Below, in pieces: positions 7,433 through 17,168 of a DNA stretch of 64,000 bases. The position numbers and the translations under genes are program-made. Position 1 is the first letter of the stretch, and each line of letters begins with the position of its first letter. The stretch spans positions 21,415 through 85,414 of the forward strand of contig CAVVBB010000004.1 of NCBI GenBank assembly GCA_963746475.1. Direction: 5' to 3'. Under the pieces are notes generated by a model, which saw nothing but the letters and a program-made list of their open reading frames with translations, was not told the origin of the DNA and did no database searches. Source of the DNA: an uncultured delta proteobacterium (GTDB lineage Bacteria > Myxococcota_A > Polyangia > Polyangiales > Houyiibacteriaceae).

Positions 7433-9574
7433 ATGCGTCAAAGGTCCTGGTCGATCCTGCCGTCGGTAATTCTGTTGGCCGCCTGTGCCAGCAGCCCCAA
7501 GAAAAGCCTCGAGCTGGCCGAGGCTCGGCTCGAGCCTCCCGTCGCGGCCGTCCGTCCACATTCGGTCACGCTCCACGGGGATACCCGGGTCGATCCTTAC
7601 CACTGGCTTCGCGACAAGGAGAGCCAAGAGGTCGTCGATTACCTAAACGCGGAGAACGCCTACGCACGAGCCTTCATGGAACCCACGGAGCCGCTTCAGC
7701 AGCAGCTCTACGATGAGATCGTCGGCCGAATCCAGGAAACCGACCAGAGCGCGCCTTATCGAAAGGGCGAGTACGAGTATTTCCATCGGACCGAGGCGGG
7801 CAAGCAGTACAAGACGTACAGTCGTCGCGAGCCTGGCCAGCCGGCGACCGAGCAGGTTCTGCTCGACCTGAACGTCATGGCCGAGGGGCTTCCGTTCTTG
7901 GGGCTGGGCGCCTACGAGGTATCTCCGGACGGCAGATACCTGGCGTATTCGGTCGATGAGACGGGATTCCGTGACTACAGGCTGCAGGTCCAGGACCTGC
8001 GAAGCGGGCAGCTGCTCGATTTTTCCCGCGAGAAGGTCAAGTCCGTGGCCTGGGCGAAGGACAGCAAGACGCTGCTCTACACGGTCGATGACGCGAGCAA
8101 GCGGCCGCACCGACTGTACCTGCACCAGATCGGGAGCGAGGCGGCGGACCCCTTGCTCTACGAGGAATCAGACGAGCGGTTTCACGTGCAGGTCTGGCTC
8201 TCCCGCAGCGGAGATGTCTTGTTTCGCGGCTCGTTCAGCCACACGACGAGCGATATCTATTTTGCCGAGGCCGGACGCCCCAAGGGTCGATGGCGGTCCA
8301 TCGCAGGCCGCAAGCAGGACCACGAATACGACGTCGCGCATCGCGGGGACCAGTTCCTGATTCGGACGAATGACCAGGGGCGCAACTTTCGGCTCGTGAG
8401 CGCCCCGATGAGCAGCCCCTCCCAAGACCATTGGACGGAGCTCGTGCCGCACCGCGACGCGGTCATGCTCGAGAGCGTCGACGTCTTTCAGGACTTCTAC
8501 GTGCTGCTGGAGCGCGAGAACGGGCTTCCGTATCTCCGGGTTTCGTCTTTTGACGCGAAGGATGGGCATCGGGTTCCGATGCAGGAGTCCGTGTACTCGG
8601 TGTACCCCGGCCCGAACGAAGAGTTCGACGCCGAAGTATACCGCTACGAGTACGAGTCACTGACGACGCCGGAGTCGGTGTTCGACTACGACCTACGCAC
8701 GCGCACAAGCAGGTTGGTGAAGCAAACCGAGGTCTTGGGCGGCTACCAGCCTAGCGACTATCAGGCCGAGCGGGTCTGGGCGACCGCGCAGGACGGGATG
8801 AAAGTCCCTGTTTCGCTGGTCTACCGAAAGGGCGTTCCCCGTGATGGCAGCGCGCCGATGCTGCTCGTGGGCTATGGGTCCTACGGTTACCCGTATCCCA
8901 CGGGTTTCTCCCATGCACGGGTGAGCTTGCTCGATCGTGGTGTCGTCTTCGCCATCGCGCACATTCGCGGTGGCGGGGAGCTCGGCAAGCCCTGGCACGA
9001 TCAGGGTCGGATGGAGCACAAGATGAACAGCTTCACCGATTTCATCGCGGTGGCTGAGCATCTCGTCGCCCAGGGCTACACGAGCCGCGACCGGCTGGCC
9101 ATCGAAGGTGGAAGCGCGGGCGGTTTGCTGATGGGTGCCGTGGTCAACATGCGGCCCGAGCTCTTCTCCGTGGTCATCTCCCTGGTGCCGTTCGTGGACG
9201 TACTGAACACCATGCTGGACGAGACGCTTCCGTTGACGGTCGGCGAATACGAGGAATGGGGGAACCCCAACGAGCCGCAAGCCTACGCGCGCATCAGGCA
9301 GTACGGTCCGTACAGCAACATTCGCGCGCAAAACTATCCGACCATGCTCGTGCGCACGAGCTTGAATGACAGTCAGGTCATGTACTGGGAGCCAGCGAAG
9401 TACGTGGCCAAGCTCCGGGCGAACAAGACCGACCGCAACCCGCTCCTGTTCCACATCAACATGGACGCGGGGCATGGTGGCTCTTCGGGACGCTACGATT
9501 ACTTGCGGGAGACCGCGCTTGATTACGCGTTCTTGCTGACCCAGCTCGGCGTCGAGCCGCCGAAGACCGACTGA
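7433..9574 (+). CDS. ptrB: Oligopeptidase B / S9A prolyl-oligopeptidase family serine protease, lipoprotein signal
   Basis: 713 aa. Signal with lipobox (VILLAAC). N-terminal beta-propeller region (DPYHWLRDK), catalytic GGSAGGLLMG, and the C-terminal D/H region (NMDAGHGG). Confidence 0.9.
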   Translation: MRQRSWSILPSVILLAACASSPKKSLELAEARLEPPVAAVRPHSVTLHGDTRVDPYHWLRDKESQEVVDYLNAENAYARAFMEPTEPLQQQLYDEIVGRIQETDQSAPYRKGEYEYFHRTEAGKQYKTYSRREPGQPATEQVLLDLNVMAEGLPFLGLGAYEVSPDGRYLAYSVDETGFRDYRLQVQDLRSGQLLDFSREKVKSVAWAKDSKTLLYTVDDASKRPHRLYLHQIGSEAADPLLYEESDERFHVQVWLSRSGDVLFRGSFSHTTSDIYFAEAGRPKGRWRSIAGRKQDHEYDVAHRGDQFLIRTNDQGRNFRLVSAPMSSPSQDHWTELVPHRDAVMLESVDVFQDFYVLLERENGLPYLRVSSFDAKDGHRVPMQESVYSVYPGPNEEFDAEVYRYEYESLTTPESVFDYDLRTRTSRLVKQTEVLGGYQPSDYQAERVWATAQDGMKVPVSLVYRKGVPRDGSAPMLLVGYGSYGYPYPTGFSHARVSLLDRGVVFAIAHIRGGGELGKPWHDQGRMEHKMNSFTDFIAVAEHLVAQGYTSRDRLAIEGGSAGGLLMGAVVNMRPELFSVVISLVPFVDVLNTMLDETLPLTVGEYEEWGNPNEPQAYARIRQYGPYSNIRAQNYPTMLVRTSLNDSQVMYWEPAKYVAKLRANKTDRNPLLFHINMDAGHGGSSGRYDYLRETALDYAFLLTQLGVEPPKTD

Positions 9575-10731
9575 GCCGAGCTCGGCCCCGGTCCTGTCGC
9601 CAGGACGGCATGACCGCCCGTTTGTTCCAAAGACACGAGCTGCTGACACATCCCGCGAATGTCCTCGGCCGGCTCAGGCGCAAAGAACCCCGCGTTCAGC
9701 AGCGCCCGTCGAAGGGGCTGGTTCGGATACTCTGCATCCCGCAGGGCGTGCACGAGCTTGAGCGTCTGGAATCCGTCCAGGTCCGGTTGTCGACGAAGCG
9801 CAAGACGCAGTCGCTCGAAAATCGCAGGGTCGTAGACGGGATATTGCGTCAGGTCCTGCATGCCAGCGGCTCGAGCGACCGCCGGACCGGTTCCGAAGGG
9901 CACGCGTGACGAGGGGCGGCCCGATAGCAGCAGCGGTGTACTGCACAATGAGCGCACTTCGCCGACTTTGCGGAGCTTGTTCAGCAGGTAGAAGTCCTCC
10001 GCGGCACAGCGCTTGGGCACACCCCGGACCGCGGCGTAGCCCTGAGAGGACACGGCGAGCAGGCTGCCGACCGTGTGAAAGGCGTAGCGGGAGCCTGCGT
10101 ACTGGAGCCCCGCCACGTAGTAGCGAAGGGAGGCTTCGTACGCGAAGATCGCGTCCCCGGTGACGAGGTCGGGAAGATGCCGAAATGGGTAAAGCAGACC
10201 GTCTGCAGGAGGTGCGTGCTCGGCGGCTGCGAGGTAGTCGGCCGGGAGGCGCACGTCGGCGTCCGTGCTGTGCAGATAGGCGACGCTGCTCTTGCTGTGC
10301 ACCGCGGCGGCGAGCGCGAAATCGAGACCGATCTTGCGGGCCAGACCGACGCCCTGTTTCCTCGGAATCGCGCGCTCGCCCGTACGGTCGATCGATAGGA
10401 GCCAGCCTCGCGGATGCTCTCGTAGCTGCACGCCGGGTTGCAGTGCTCGGCCCCGTCCGTAGCGCTGCTGTAGCGCTTCGACCGTCCGCTGGTTGGCCTC
10501 GTGTCTTTGCGCGGGCACCTCGGGCGGCTCGTTGACCACCAGCAGCGTGAGCACCGGGCCACGCGGCCCCTCGGGCACGGTGTCGAGCGTGTCGAGCACG
10601 CCCTCGGCCTCTGCATAGCTCGGGATGACCAGCGCGTGGCCGAATCGAAAGGCGAGGGCGCTCGCCGCCTGCGCCTCAGGCTCGGCGTAAGCGGCCAGGT
10701 ACTTCCGAATCGCCTTAGAGGGAGCGGTCAC
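9523..10731 (-). CDS. GT-A fold (family-2-like) glycosyltransferase-like protein
   Basis: ALVIPSYAEAEGVLDTLDTV (the GT2 N-terminal beta-strand/helix pattern), GVGLARKIGLDFA, and a DXD-like STDADVRLPADYL. An in-frame GTG at 10731 lies 20 nt after the miaE stop. The upstream 104 codons of the ORF-track call overlap miaE and were rejected. Confidence 0.6.
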   Translation of the reverse strand: MTAPSKAIRKYLAAYAEPEAQAASALAFRFGHALVIPSYAEAEGVLDTLDTVPEGPRGPVLTLLVVNEPPEVPAQRHEANQRTVEALQQRYGRGRALQPGVQLREHPRGWLLSIDRTGERAIPRKQGVGLARKIGLDFALAAAVHSKSSVAYLHSTDADVRLPADYLAAAEHAPPADGLLYPFRHLPDLVTGDAIFAYEASLRYYVAGLQYAGSRYAFHTVGSLLAVSSQGYAAVRGVPKRCAAEDFYLLNKLRKVGEVRSLCSTPLLLSGRPSSRVPFGTGPAVARAAGMQDLTQYPVYDPAIFERLRLALRRQPDLDGFQTLKLVHALRDAEYPNQPLRRALLNAGFFAPEPAEDIRGMCQQLVSLEQTGGHAVLATGPGPSSAQSVFGGSTPSWVSKNA

Positions 10732-10751
10732 GGGTCTCGAAGAGCTTGCCC

Positions 10752-11324
10752 TCAGTGGATCGCCGGGCGCAAGGGCAGAGACGCGACGAGCTCGGCCTCC
10801 GCGTCGAGCAGCTCGGACAGCCGTCGCTCCACTCTGTCGGCGGGAAAGTACTCGCGTGCCAGTCGGACGAAGAGCCCATGGTGTCTGGCCTCGGAGCGGG
10901 TGATGTCCACGTAGAAGTCCTTGAGCGGGCCGGGCTGCAGCGCATCCGCCACGAGCCCAAAGCGCTCGCAGCCTCGGGCCTCGACGATGCCCAGAATCAG
11001 CAGGCGGTCGAGGAAGAAGGCGTCTGGTCCGTGGCCCACCCACTTGAGCATGGCGCTGACGTACGGGTCTTTTTCGTCGCGCGTGGGAACGAGGCCTCGG
11101 TCGAGGATGATTTGCATGACCCGCGCGAAGTGGTCGAGCTCCTCCTGCGCGAAGGGGATCAGCTCTCGGACGAGGAGTGTGCGGTCCGCGTAGTGCAAAA
11201 CGAGCTTCAGCCCGTTCGCCGAGGCTTTGCGTTCGCAGGCGGCGTGGTCGAGCAAAAAGGCGTCGAAGTCACTCAGGACGACGTCCACCCAGGCGGGGTT
11301 CGTTTGGCTTCGAAGTCTCAACAT
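10752..11324 (-). CDS. miaE: tRNA-(ms2io6A)-hydroxylase MiaE (diiron)
   Basis: 190 aa. Contains NPAWVDVVLSDFDAFLLDHAACERKAS, ELIPFAQEELDHF and VEARGCERF..SEARHHG, the MiaE ferritin-like diiron ligand pattern. Confidence 0.85.
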   Translation of the reverse strand: MLRLRSQTNPAWVDVVLSDFDAFLLDHAACERKASANGLKLVLHYADRTLLVRELIPFAQEELDHFARVMQIILDRGLVPTRDEKDPYVSAMLKWVGHGPDAFFLDRLLILGIVEARGCERFGLVADALQPGPLKDFYVDITRSEARHHGLFVRLAREYFPADRVERRLSELLDAEAELVASLPLRPAIH

Positions 11325-11332
11325 GAAGAAAG

Positions 11333-12280
11333 TCAGCTGGCGATGCGGCTTGGTCCGTCACAGGAGTTGCATGCTAGCGGCGACTCCCCGGTTTCGACCT
11401 GGATGGTGCTGTGGTGAATGTCGAACTGGTCGGACAAGGTCTCGCAGGCTGCCCGGACCAGTTCCTGAGAAGAGGCTCCCTGCTCGGCGGTGAGGTGCAC
11501 CGTCGCGATGTGGCGACCGCTCGTGAGCGACCAAATGTGTAGATCGTGGGCGTCCCGGACGCCAGGCAAGCCCTCGAGCGAGCGCACGACCTTTTGCAGG
11601 TCGATGTGCCTCGGAACGCTTTGCATCAGGACGTCCAAGGTCTCCCGCAGCAGGCCCCAGGCCGAGTAGAGCACCAGCAGGGCGATCAGCACCGAGGCGA
11701 CTGGATCGGCCCAGGTCCAGCCGAAGAAAAGGATAGCCAAACCCGCGGTGATCGCGCCGACGCTGCCCAGCGTATCGGCCAGCACGTGGAGCCAGGCTCC
11801 GCGGACGTTCAGGCTCTCGTGTTTGCCCCCGTGCAGGATCCGCAGGTTGATGAGGTTGATGAGCAGGCCGCCGGCGGCGATCCCGAGCATGACCTTCGCC
11901 TTGACGGGTTCGGGCGCAGACATGCGCTCGAAGGCCTCGAAGACGATCAGCGAGGCGACGACGAGCAGCGCGGCGCCATTGATGAGCGCTGCGAGGATTT
12001 CCGCTCTGTGGAAGCCATAGGTTCGCTGCGCGGTCGCGGGCCGCTGCGCCCAGGTCACCGCCGTCAGCGAAAGACCCAGTGCCGCCACGTCCGAGAACAT
12101 GTGTCCCGCGTCGGCGAGCAGCGCCAAGGAGTTCGACAGCGCGCCGCCGACGACCTCCGCCAGCATGTAGAGCGCCGTGAGCCCCATGGCGGCTCGAAGC
12201 CGTCGTCGGCTCCCGGCTCCACCATGTGTGTGACCGCCGTGCTCGTGGCCGCCGCCGTGATGTTCGTGTCCCAGGCCCAT
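11333..12280 (-). CDS. czcD: Cation diffusion facilitator (Zn/Co/Cd efflux), His-rich N-terminus
   Basis: MGLGHEHHGGGHEHGGHTHGG tail, ALLADAGHMFSDV (the HxxxD TM2 site) and HVLADTLGSVG (TM5 site). Six TM helices plus a C-terminal cytoplasmic domain. Confidence 0.9.
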   Translation of the reverse strand: MGLGHEHHGGGHEHGGHTHGGAGSRRRLRAAMGLTALYMLAEVVGGALSNSLALLADAGHMFSDVAALGLSLTAVTWAQRPATAQRTYGFHRAEILAALINGAALLVVASLIVFEAFERMSAPEPVKAKVMLGIAAGGLLINLINLRILHGGKHESLNVRGAWLHVLADTLGSVGAITAGLAILFFGWTWADPVASVLIALLVLYSAWGLLRETLDVLMQSVPRHIDLQKVVRSLEGLPGVRDAHDLHIWSLTSGRHIATVHLTAEQGASSQELVRAACETLSDQFDIHHSTIQVETGESPLACNSCDGPSRIAS

Positions 12281-12467
12281 CCGCGATGACTTCTACTTAT
12301 CACGCTGCTGCGCTCGTCGCGATCCCACGGGACAAAATCGAGCCCGCGCCTGATGCAGGGCCCCAATCCCGGGGATTTGCCGCGCTTCCGCCTCGATGTA
12401 GAGCTTGGCCATCGAAGGGTCCTATAGTAGAAAACCCAGGGCACTCTACGTCACTGGGAGGTGGCCG

Positions 12468-13118
12468 ATGACCGAAAAGAAGCGAGTCAAATATCCAGGC
12501 AAGGACGTCGACGTCAGCTGGGATGGTCGCCTTTGCATACACGTCGGCGAGTGCGGACGCGCCAAGGGAGAGCTCTTCGTCGGCGGGCGTCAGCCTTGGT
12601 GCCAGCCGGATCTCGTCTCGGCCGATGAGGTCGTCGACGTCGTGGAGCGATGTCCGACCGGGGCGCTCACTCATGAGAGCAAGACGGGCGCCGCGGAACA
12701 GCCTGCCGCACAGAACTCGGTCCGGGTGATCTACAACGGTCCCTATTACGTCCGCGGCGACCTGCAGATCGAGGGTGCCGCCCCCGATATGACAGGCACT
12801 CGTTTCCGGGCGGCGCTCTGCCGCTGCGGAGCCTCCGAGAACAAGCCGTTCTGCGACAACAGTCACGAGAAGATCGACTTCAAAGACACCGGCGCCGTCG
12901 GAGAGCCAGGCGACGGAAACGACGGCAAGGCTGGAACGCTGCAGGTGAAGAGGGCTCCGAACGGGCCGCTCCTGCTTTCGGGCAACTTCACGATTTACGC
13001 CGCAAGCGGTCGACCCGCCTTCACGGGTACCCGTGCCGCGCTGTGTCGCTGCGGCCATTCACAGAACAAGCCGTTTTGCGACGGCTCACACAAGGCCGCC
13101 GGTTTCGAGGCGGAGTGA
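12468..13118 (+). CDS. Iron-sulfur protein: divergent 4Fe-4S mono-cluster domain plus two CDGSH domains
   Basis: N-terminal C-IHVGEC...CPTGAL, then CRCGASENKPFCDNSH and CRCGHSQNKPFCDGSH. The ATG at 12468 is preceded by GGGAGGTGG. Confidence 0.85.
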   Translation: MTEKKRVKYPGKDVDVSWDGRLCIHVGECGRAKGELFVGGRQPWCQPDLVSADEVVDVVERCPTGALTHESKTGAAEQPAAQNSVRVIYNGPYYVRGDLQIEGAAPDMTGTRFRAALCRCGASENKPFCDNSHEKIDFKDTGAVGEPGDGNDGKAGTLQVKRAPNGPLLLSGNFTIYAASGRPAFTGTRAALCRCGHSQNKPFCDGSHKAAGFEAE

Positions 13119-13149
13119 CCTGACCGACGAAACCTAGGGGGATACGACG

Positions 13150-14793
13150 ATGAGCTTTTCGACCATGATGGAGCGGCCGCTCCTGATTTCGGACCTGTTC
13201 GAGCATGGCAGACGTCTCTACGGAAAGAGTCGCGTCATCACGGTGACCGATGCCGGGGACCGGGTCGCCACGTACGAAGAGATCGGCGTCCGCGTTCATC
13301 AGCTCGCCCACGCCCTGACCAAGATTGGCGTGCGCAAGGAGGACCGGGTCGCGACCTTCTGCTGGAACACCCAGGAGCACATGGAGGCGTACTTTGCCAT
13401 CTCCTCGATGGGCGCCGTCATGCACACGCTGAACATCCGACTGTTTCCCGAACAGCTGAGCTTCTGCGCCAAGCACGCCGAGGACAAGGTCATCATCGTA
13501 GACGACACGCTCGTCCCGCTGCTGGCGCGCGTGGCCGAGGACCTGGAGACCGTCGAGCACATCATCGTGGTAGGCCAAGGCGACGACGGCCCGCTCCGCG
13601 CGGTACCCAAGGCCAAGTTTCATCGTTACGACGAGCTTCTCGCCGCCGAGTCGGGCGCGTCCGACTTCGAGTGGCCGGAGCTGGACGAGACCGCCCCGGC
13701 TTCCATGGCGTACACCAGCGGGACCACCGGCGACCCCAAGGGCGTGGTCTACAGCCACCGGTCCACAGTGCTGCACTCCTACGGCATCACTTCGGGCGCG
13801 GTCGGCTCGCTCAGTGACAGGGACATGATCCTGACCATCGTTCCGATGTTCCACGCGAACTGCTGGGGCCTTCCTTACGCGGGCTGGTGGGTCGGCGCGG
13901 AGTTTCTGCATCCGGCCCGCTTCCTGCAGCCGGAGCCGCTGGTCTCGATGGTGGAACGCAACAAACCCACGGTCGCGGGTGCGGTGCCGTCGATCTGGAC
14001 TGCGGTGCTGAACTACGGCGAGGGTAAGGACATCGACATGTCTTCTCTGCGCCTAGTCATCTGCGGCGGCTCCGCCGTGCCCGAGTCGCTGATGCGTGCC
14101 TTCGACGAGAAGTACGGCGTCGACATCTACCAGCTCTGGGGCATGACCGAGATGAGCCCGCTCGGGACCATCGCCGCCCCACCGCGGGGCGTGAGCAAGG
14201 AAGAGTCCTGGAAGTATCGTGTGAAGACCGGTCGGCCGGTCGCAGGTGTCGAGATGCGCATCGTCGGTGAGAAAGGCGAGCTACTGCCCTGGGACGGCAA
14301 GTCCGTAGGCGAGATCGAGGTTCGGGGACCCTGGATCACCGGGCGGTACTACAAGGTCGACGACAAAGAGAAGTTTCACGACGGCTGGCTTCGCACGGGC
14401 GACGTGGCCAGCATCGACGAGCACGGCTACGTACAGATCACCGATCGCGCCAAGGACGTCATCAAGTCTGGGGGCGAGTGGATCTCCTCCGTCGACCTCG
14501 AAAACACGATCATCGGGCATCCGGAGGTCGCCGAGGCTGCGGTGGTGGGCGTGCCCGATCCGAAGTGGGACGAGCGTCCGCTGGCCTGCATCGTCCGAAA
14601 GCAAGGCAGCAAGGTGACGCCGGAGGAGATCAACGAGTACCTCGAGGGCAAGGTCGCCAAGTGGTGGTTGCCCGAGCGGTACACTTTCATCGCCGAGATT
14701 CCGAAGACCAGCGTGGGCAAGTTCGACAAAAAGGCGCTTCGCGCCCAGCACGCGCAGAATGCGCTCGAGGTCGTCGAGCTCGGCCGAAGCTGA
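13150..14793 (+). CDS. AMP-dependent acyl-CoA synthetase (medium/long-chain fatty-acid-CoA ligase)
   Basis: 547 aa. Contains the [19 protein letters not shown]-binding motif, WGMTE, GWLRTGD and [11 protein letters not shown]. Confidence 0.9.
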   Translation: MSFSTMMERPLLISDLFEHGRRLYGKSRVITVTDAGDRVATYEEIGVRVHQLAHALTKIGVRKEDRVATFCWNTQEHMEAYFAISSMGAVMHTLNIRLFPEQLSFCAKHAEDKVIIVDDTLVPLLARVAEDLETVEHIIVVGQGDDGPLRAVPKAKFHRYDELLAAESGASDFEWPELDETAPASMAYTSGTTGDPKGVVYSHRSTVLHSYGITSGAVGSLSDRDMILTIVPMFHANCWGLPYAGWWVGAEFLHPARFLQPEPLVSMVERNKPTVAGAVPSIWTAVLNYGEGKDIDMSSLRLVICGGSAVPESLMRAFDEKYGVDIYQLWGMTEMSPLGTIAAPPRGVSKEESWKYRVKTGRPVAGVEMRIVGEKGELLPWDGKSVGEIEVRGPWITGRYYKVDDKEKFHDGWLRTGDVASIDEHGYVQITDRAKDVIKSGGEWISSVDLENTIIGHPEVAEAAVVGVPDPKWDERPLACIVRKQGSKVTPEEINEYLEGKVAKWWLPERYTFIAEIPKTSVGKFDKKALRAQHAQNALEVVELGRS

Positions 14794-14818
14794 GCCCCAG
14801 GGCTCGGCCTTCGCGGGC

Positions 14819-15253
14819 TCAGCAGCAGCCGAGGCCGGACCGTGCGTCCTCGGCGGCCTCCCGGAGCAGTCTCAAGCTCCGCGCGACCTGAGCCCGCTCC
14901 TTGGCCGGAATGCGGCTCATCAGGGCGAGGATACTCTCTTGAGTGAGCTCAGCGAGGCGCGCGGCCTCTTTGGACCCCGACGCGGTGAGTGACACGAGGA
15001 CCCGACGGCCGTCGTCCTCAGCCCTTTCTCTTTGGACCAGCCTACGCTTCTCGAGCCCATCGATCAGCCGGGTCATGGCGCCCTTGGTCACGCCCGCTTG
15101 CTTCGCCAGCGCCGAGACATCCGAGCTCTGCTCGAGCAAGCTCTGCAGGAGCACACACTGCGCCGTCGTCACCGTGCCGCAGCAGATTTGATCTCGCTCG
15201 AACAGCGCGAACATGCGGCAGAAGGCCAGCACGTCGGAGACGACTGACTTCAT
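14819..15253 (-). CDS. MarR-family winged-helix regulator, unusually Cys-rich (two vicinal Cys pairs)
   Basis: 144 aa. The wHTH region is [42 protein letters not shown]. Cys at positions 12, 24, 25, 33, 143 and 144. The start overlaps the arsM stop (ATGA at 15250-15253). Confidence 0.85.
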   Translation of the reverse strand: MKSVVSDVLAFCRMFALFERDQICCGTVTTAQCVLLQSLLEQSSDVSALAKQAGVTKGAMTRLIDGLEKRRLVQRERAEDDGRRVLVSLTASGSKEAARLAELTQESILALMSRIPAKERAQVARSLRLLREAAEDARSGLGCC

Positions 15254-16098
15254 GCTTCGGTTCTCGCCGGTTTCACGGCCGTGATCGAGTAACTGAAAAC
15301 GCGGCCCGCCAGCTCTCGAAGCCGCGCCTCTCCGACTGCCTCCACGGCCTGCTTCCAGACGGGATCTTGGAGCTCCGGGCTGATGAGGCTGCCTGCCGGG
15401 GTCCTGTCGAACCGAACCTGCGTGAAGCCGGCATCCCGAATGTGTCCGAGGTAGGCTTCCTCGCTCAGCGCGCCTCCCAGGCAGGCCAGCCAGCTTTCCG
15501 CGAGCCTTGCGACCTCTTCGGGAAGCGCTTCCGTAAGTACGATGTCACTGACCGCGAGGCGCCCACCCGGTTTGAGCACGCGGTACGCTTCGCGAAAGAC
15601 CTGGGCTTTGTCCGGGCTCAAGTTGATCACGCAGTTCGAGATGACGACGTCCACGCTCTGCGAGGCCACGGGCAGGTCTTCGATGAAGCCTTCTCGGAAC
15701 TCCACGGTGTTCGCGTAGCCCGCTTGGACGGCGTTCGTGCGTGCCCGGCCGAGCATCTGCGGCGTCATGTCGACGCCGATGAACCGGCCCTCTGGCCCGA
15801 GCTTTGGGGCGGCGATCAGGGCGTCGAAGCCCGCCCCCGAGCCCAAGTCGAGGACCGTTTCACCGGGCTTCAGCTCCGCCAGGGCCGTCGGGTTTCCGCA
15901 GCCGAGCCCGAGATTGCCCGAGGCGGCCGGTCCCTGCAGGTCTTCCTCGCTGTAGCCCATCTTCCTGGCGGCCTCCTCCTGTGACGCCGGCCCGCAGCAG
16001 CTGGGCTCCGGCTCTGCAGGACCACAGCAGCTCGTCTTCTCGCGAGCGATCTTCCCGTACCCGGCTTTGACGATCTCGTGAATGTCCTCGGTCTTCAT
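15250..16098 (-). CDS. arsM: Arsenite S-adenosylmethionine methyltransferase (ArsM-type)
   Basis: Contains LGCGNPTALAELKPGETVLDLGSGAGFD, VDVVISNCVINLSPDK, VLKPGGRLAVSD and WLACLGGAL. An N-terminal SCCGP occurs twice. The ATG at 16098 is preceded by GGAGG. Confidence 0.85.
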   Translation of the reverse strand: MKTEDIHEIVKAGYGKIAREKTSCCGPAEPEPSCCGPASQEEAARKMGYSEEDLQGPAASGNLGLGCGNPTALAELKPGETVLDLGSGAGFDALIAAPKLGPEGRFIGVDMTPQMLGRARTNAVQAGYANTVEFREGFIEDLPVASQSVDVVISNCVINLSPDKAQVFREAYRVLKPGGRLAVSDIVLTEALPEEVARLAESWLACLGGALSEEAYLGHIRDAGFTQVRFDRTPAGSLISPELQDPVWKQAVEAVGEARLRELAGRVFSYSITAVKPARTEA

Positions 16099-16198
16099 GG
16101 CGACCTCCATTGGTTGCAGCATACAAGCAAATAGTTGTGGCACTCAACCAAACAAGTCAAGAGCCAGCGCGGGCAGCGCGGCTCCTTTTGCGAACCTC

Positions 16199-17059
16199 TC
16201 AGGCTCCGCCTGACAGAAACCGGAGCAACTCTCCCGTGAACAAGGCCTCGTTCTCCCGATGTGGCCAGTGGCCCGCCTCCGGGATGACCAGCAGGTCCGC
16301 CCTGGGCTCGAACAGGTCCTGCGTCCTCCGGTAGGGACCGAGGTGTCCGCCGAAGTCACGCTCTCCGGCCACCAGCAGGGCCCGGCTGCGAAGCGGAGGC
16401 TTGAGGCGCCGCCCTTCGGTCTTGGCCGCGTCGCGGTAATACTGCAGCGCCGCGTGCAGGACCTCGGGGTCCGCGAAGCATTCTTTGACCGCGGCCAGGG
16501 CGGCGTCTCGTTCTTTGGAGCGCCACTTGGGGGCCCATCGGTCGTAGAGCGCCTCGATGTATGCGAAGTCATTGCGCCGCGTTCCCGCTTCGGCCCAGGG
16601 CATTCGGAAGTACAGAAAATGGCGCGCCAGGGCCGCCAGGGCCAGGCCTTTGACGAAGGACTTAGGCGCCATCGTGAAAGGATGGGGGATGCCGATCGGT
16701 ACCGCTGCATCGACTCGTTCGGGCGCGAGCGCTGCGGCGGCGTACACGACGCTTGCCCCCCAGTCGTGGCCGAGCAGCGTGGCGGACTCGATCTGCAGGG
16801 CGTCCATGAGCCGGATGGCGTCTTCGCCGATGCTGACGGCGTCGTACGCACGGCCGGGGAGGAGCGTATCGACGTGGTACCCGCGAAGGTATGGAACCAC
16901 CGTGCGATAGCCGGCCTCGTTGAGCGACTGGACGAGCCCCGCGTACGAGCGCGGGCTGTCCGGGAAGCCGTGGAACAGCAGCACCGCCGGTCCGGCGCCA
17001 GCGTCCCAGAAGCGAAAGGTCTGCGATCGAAACGTCTTGCTCTGAAACTGGGGCCGCAT
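16199..17059 (-). CDS. Alpha/beta hydrolase, epoxide-hydrolase/haloalkane-dehalogenase-like
   Basis: Contains LLFHGFPDSPRSY, a GHDWGA nucleophile motif and a C-terminal GHWPHRE. The ATG at 17059 is chosen; the upstream TTG at 17209 adds 50 unlikely codons. Confidence 0.8.
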   Translation of the reverse strand: MRPQFQSKTFRSQTFRFWDAGAGPAVLLFHGFPDSPRSYAGLVQSLNEAGYRTVVPYLRGYHVDTLLPGRAYDAVSIGEDAIRLMDALQIESATLLGHDWGASVVYAAAALAPERVDAAVPIGIPHPFTMAPKSFVKGLALAALARHFLYFRMPWAEAGTRRNDFAYIEALYDRWAPKWRSKERDAALAAVKECFADPEVLHAALQYYRDAAKTEGRRLKPPLRSRALLVAGERDFGGHLGPYRRTQDLFEPRADLLVIPEAGHWPHRENEALFTGELLRFLSGGA

Positions 17060-17168
17060 CGCCTGCTTCGCTCCCACCGCGGGGCTGACACTCCTTTGAT
17101 AACCGGAGCGCCTCGCGATCAACAAGCACGAGTTTGACCCGCCCTCGCTGCGGGCGTAACAACGCGCT

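Noticed and set aside
10732-11043. N-terminal 104 codons of the ORF-track call 9523-11043
   Set aside because: This part overlaps the well-supported miaE gene in another frame and is Arg/Pro/Gly-rich. An in-frame GTG at 10731, 20 nt after the miaE stop, gives a sensible GT-A protein.
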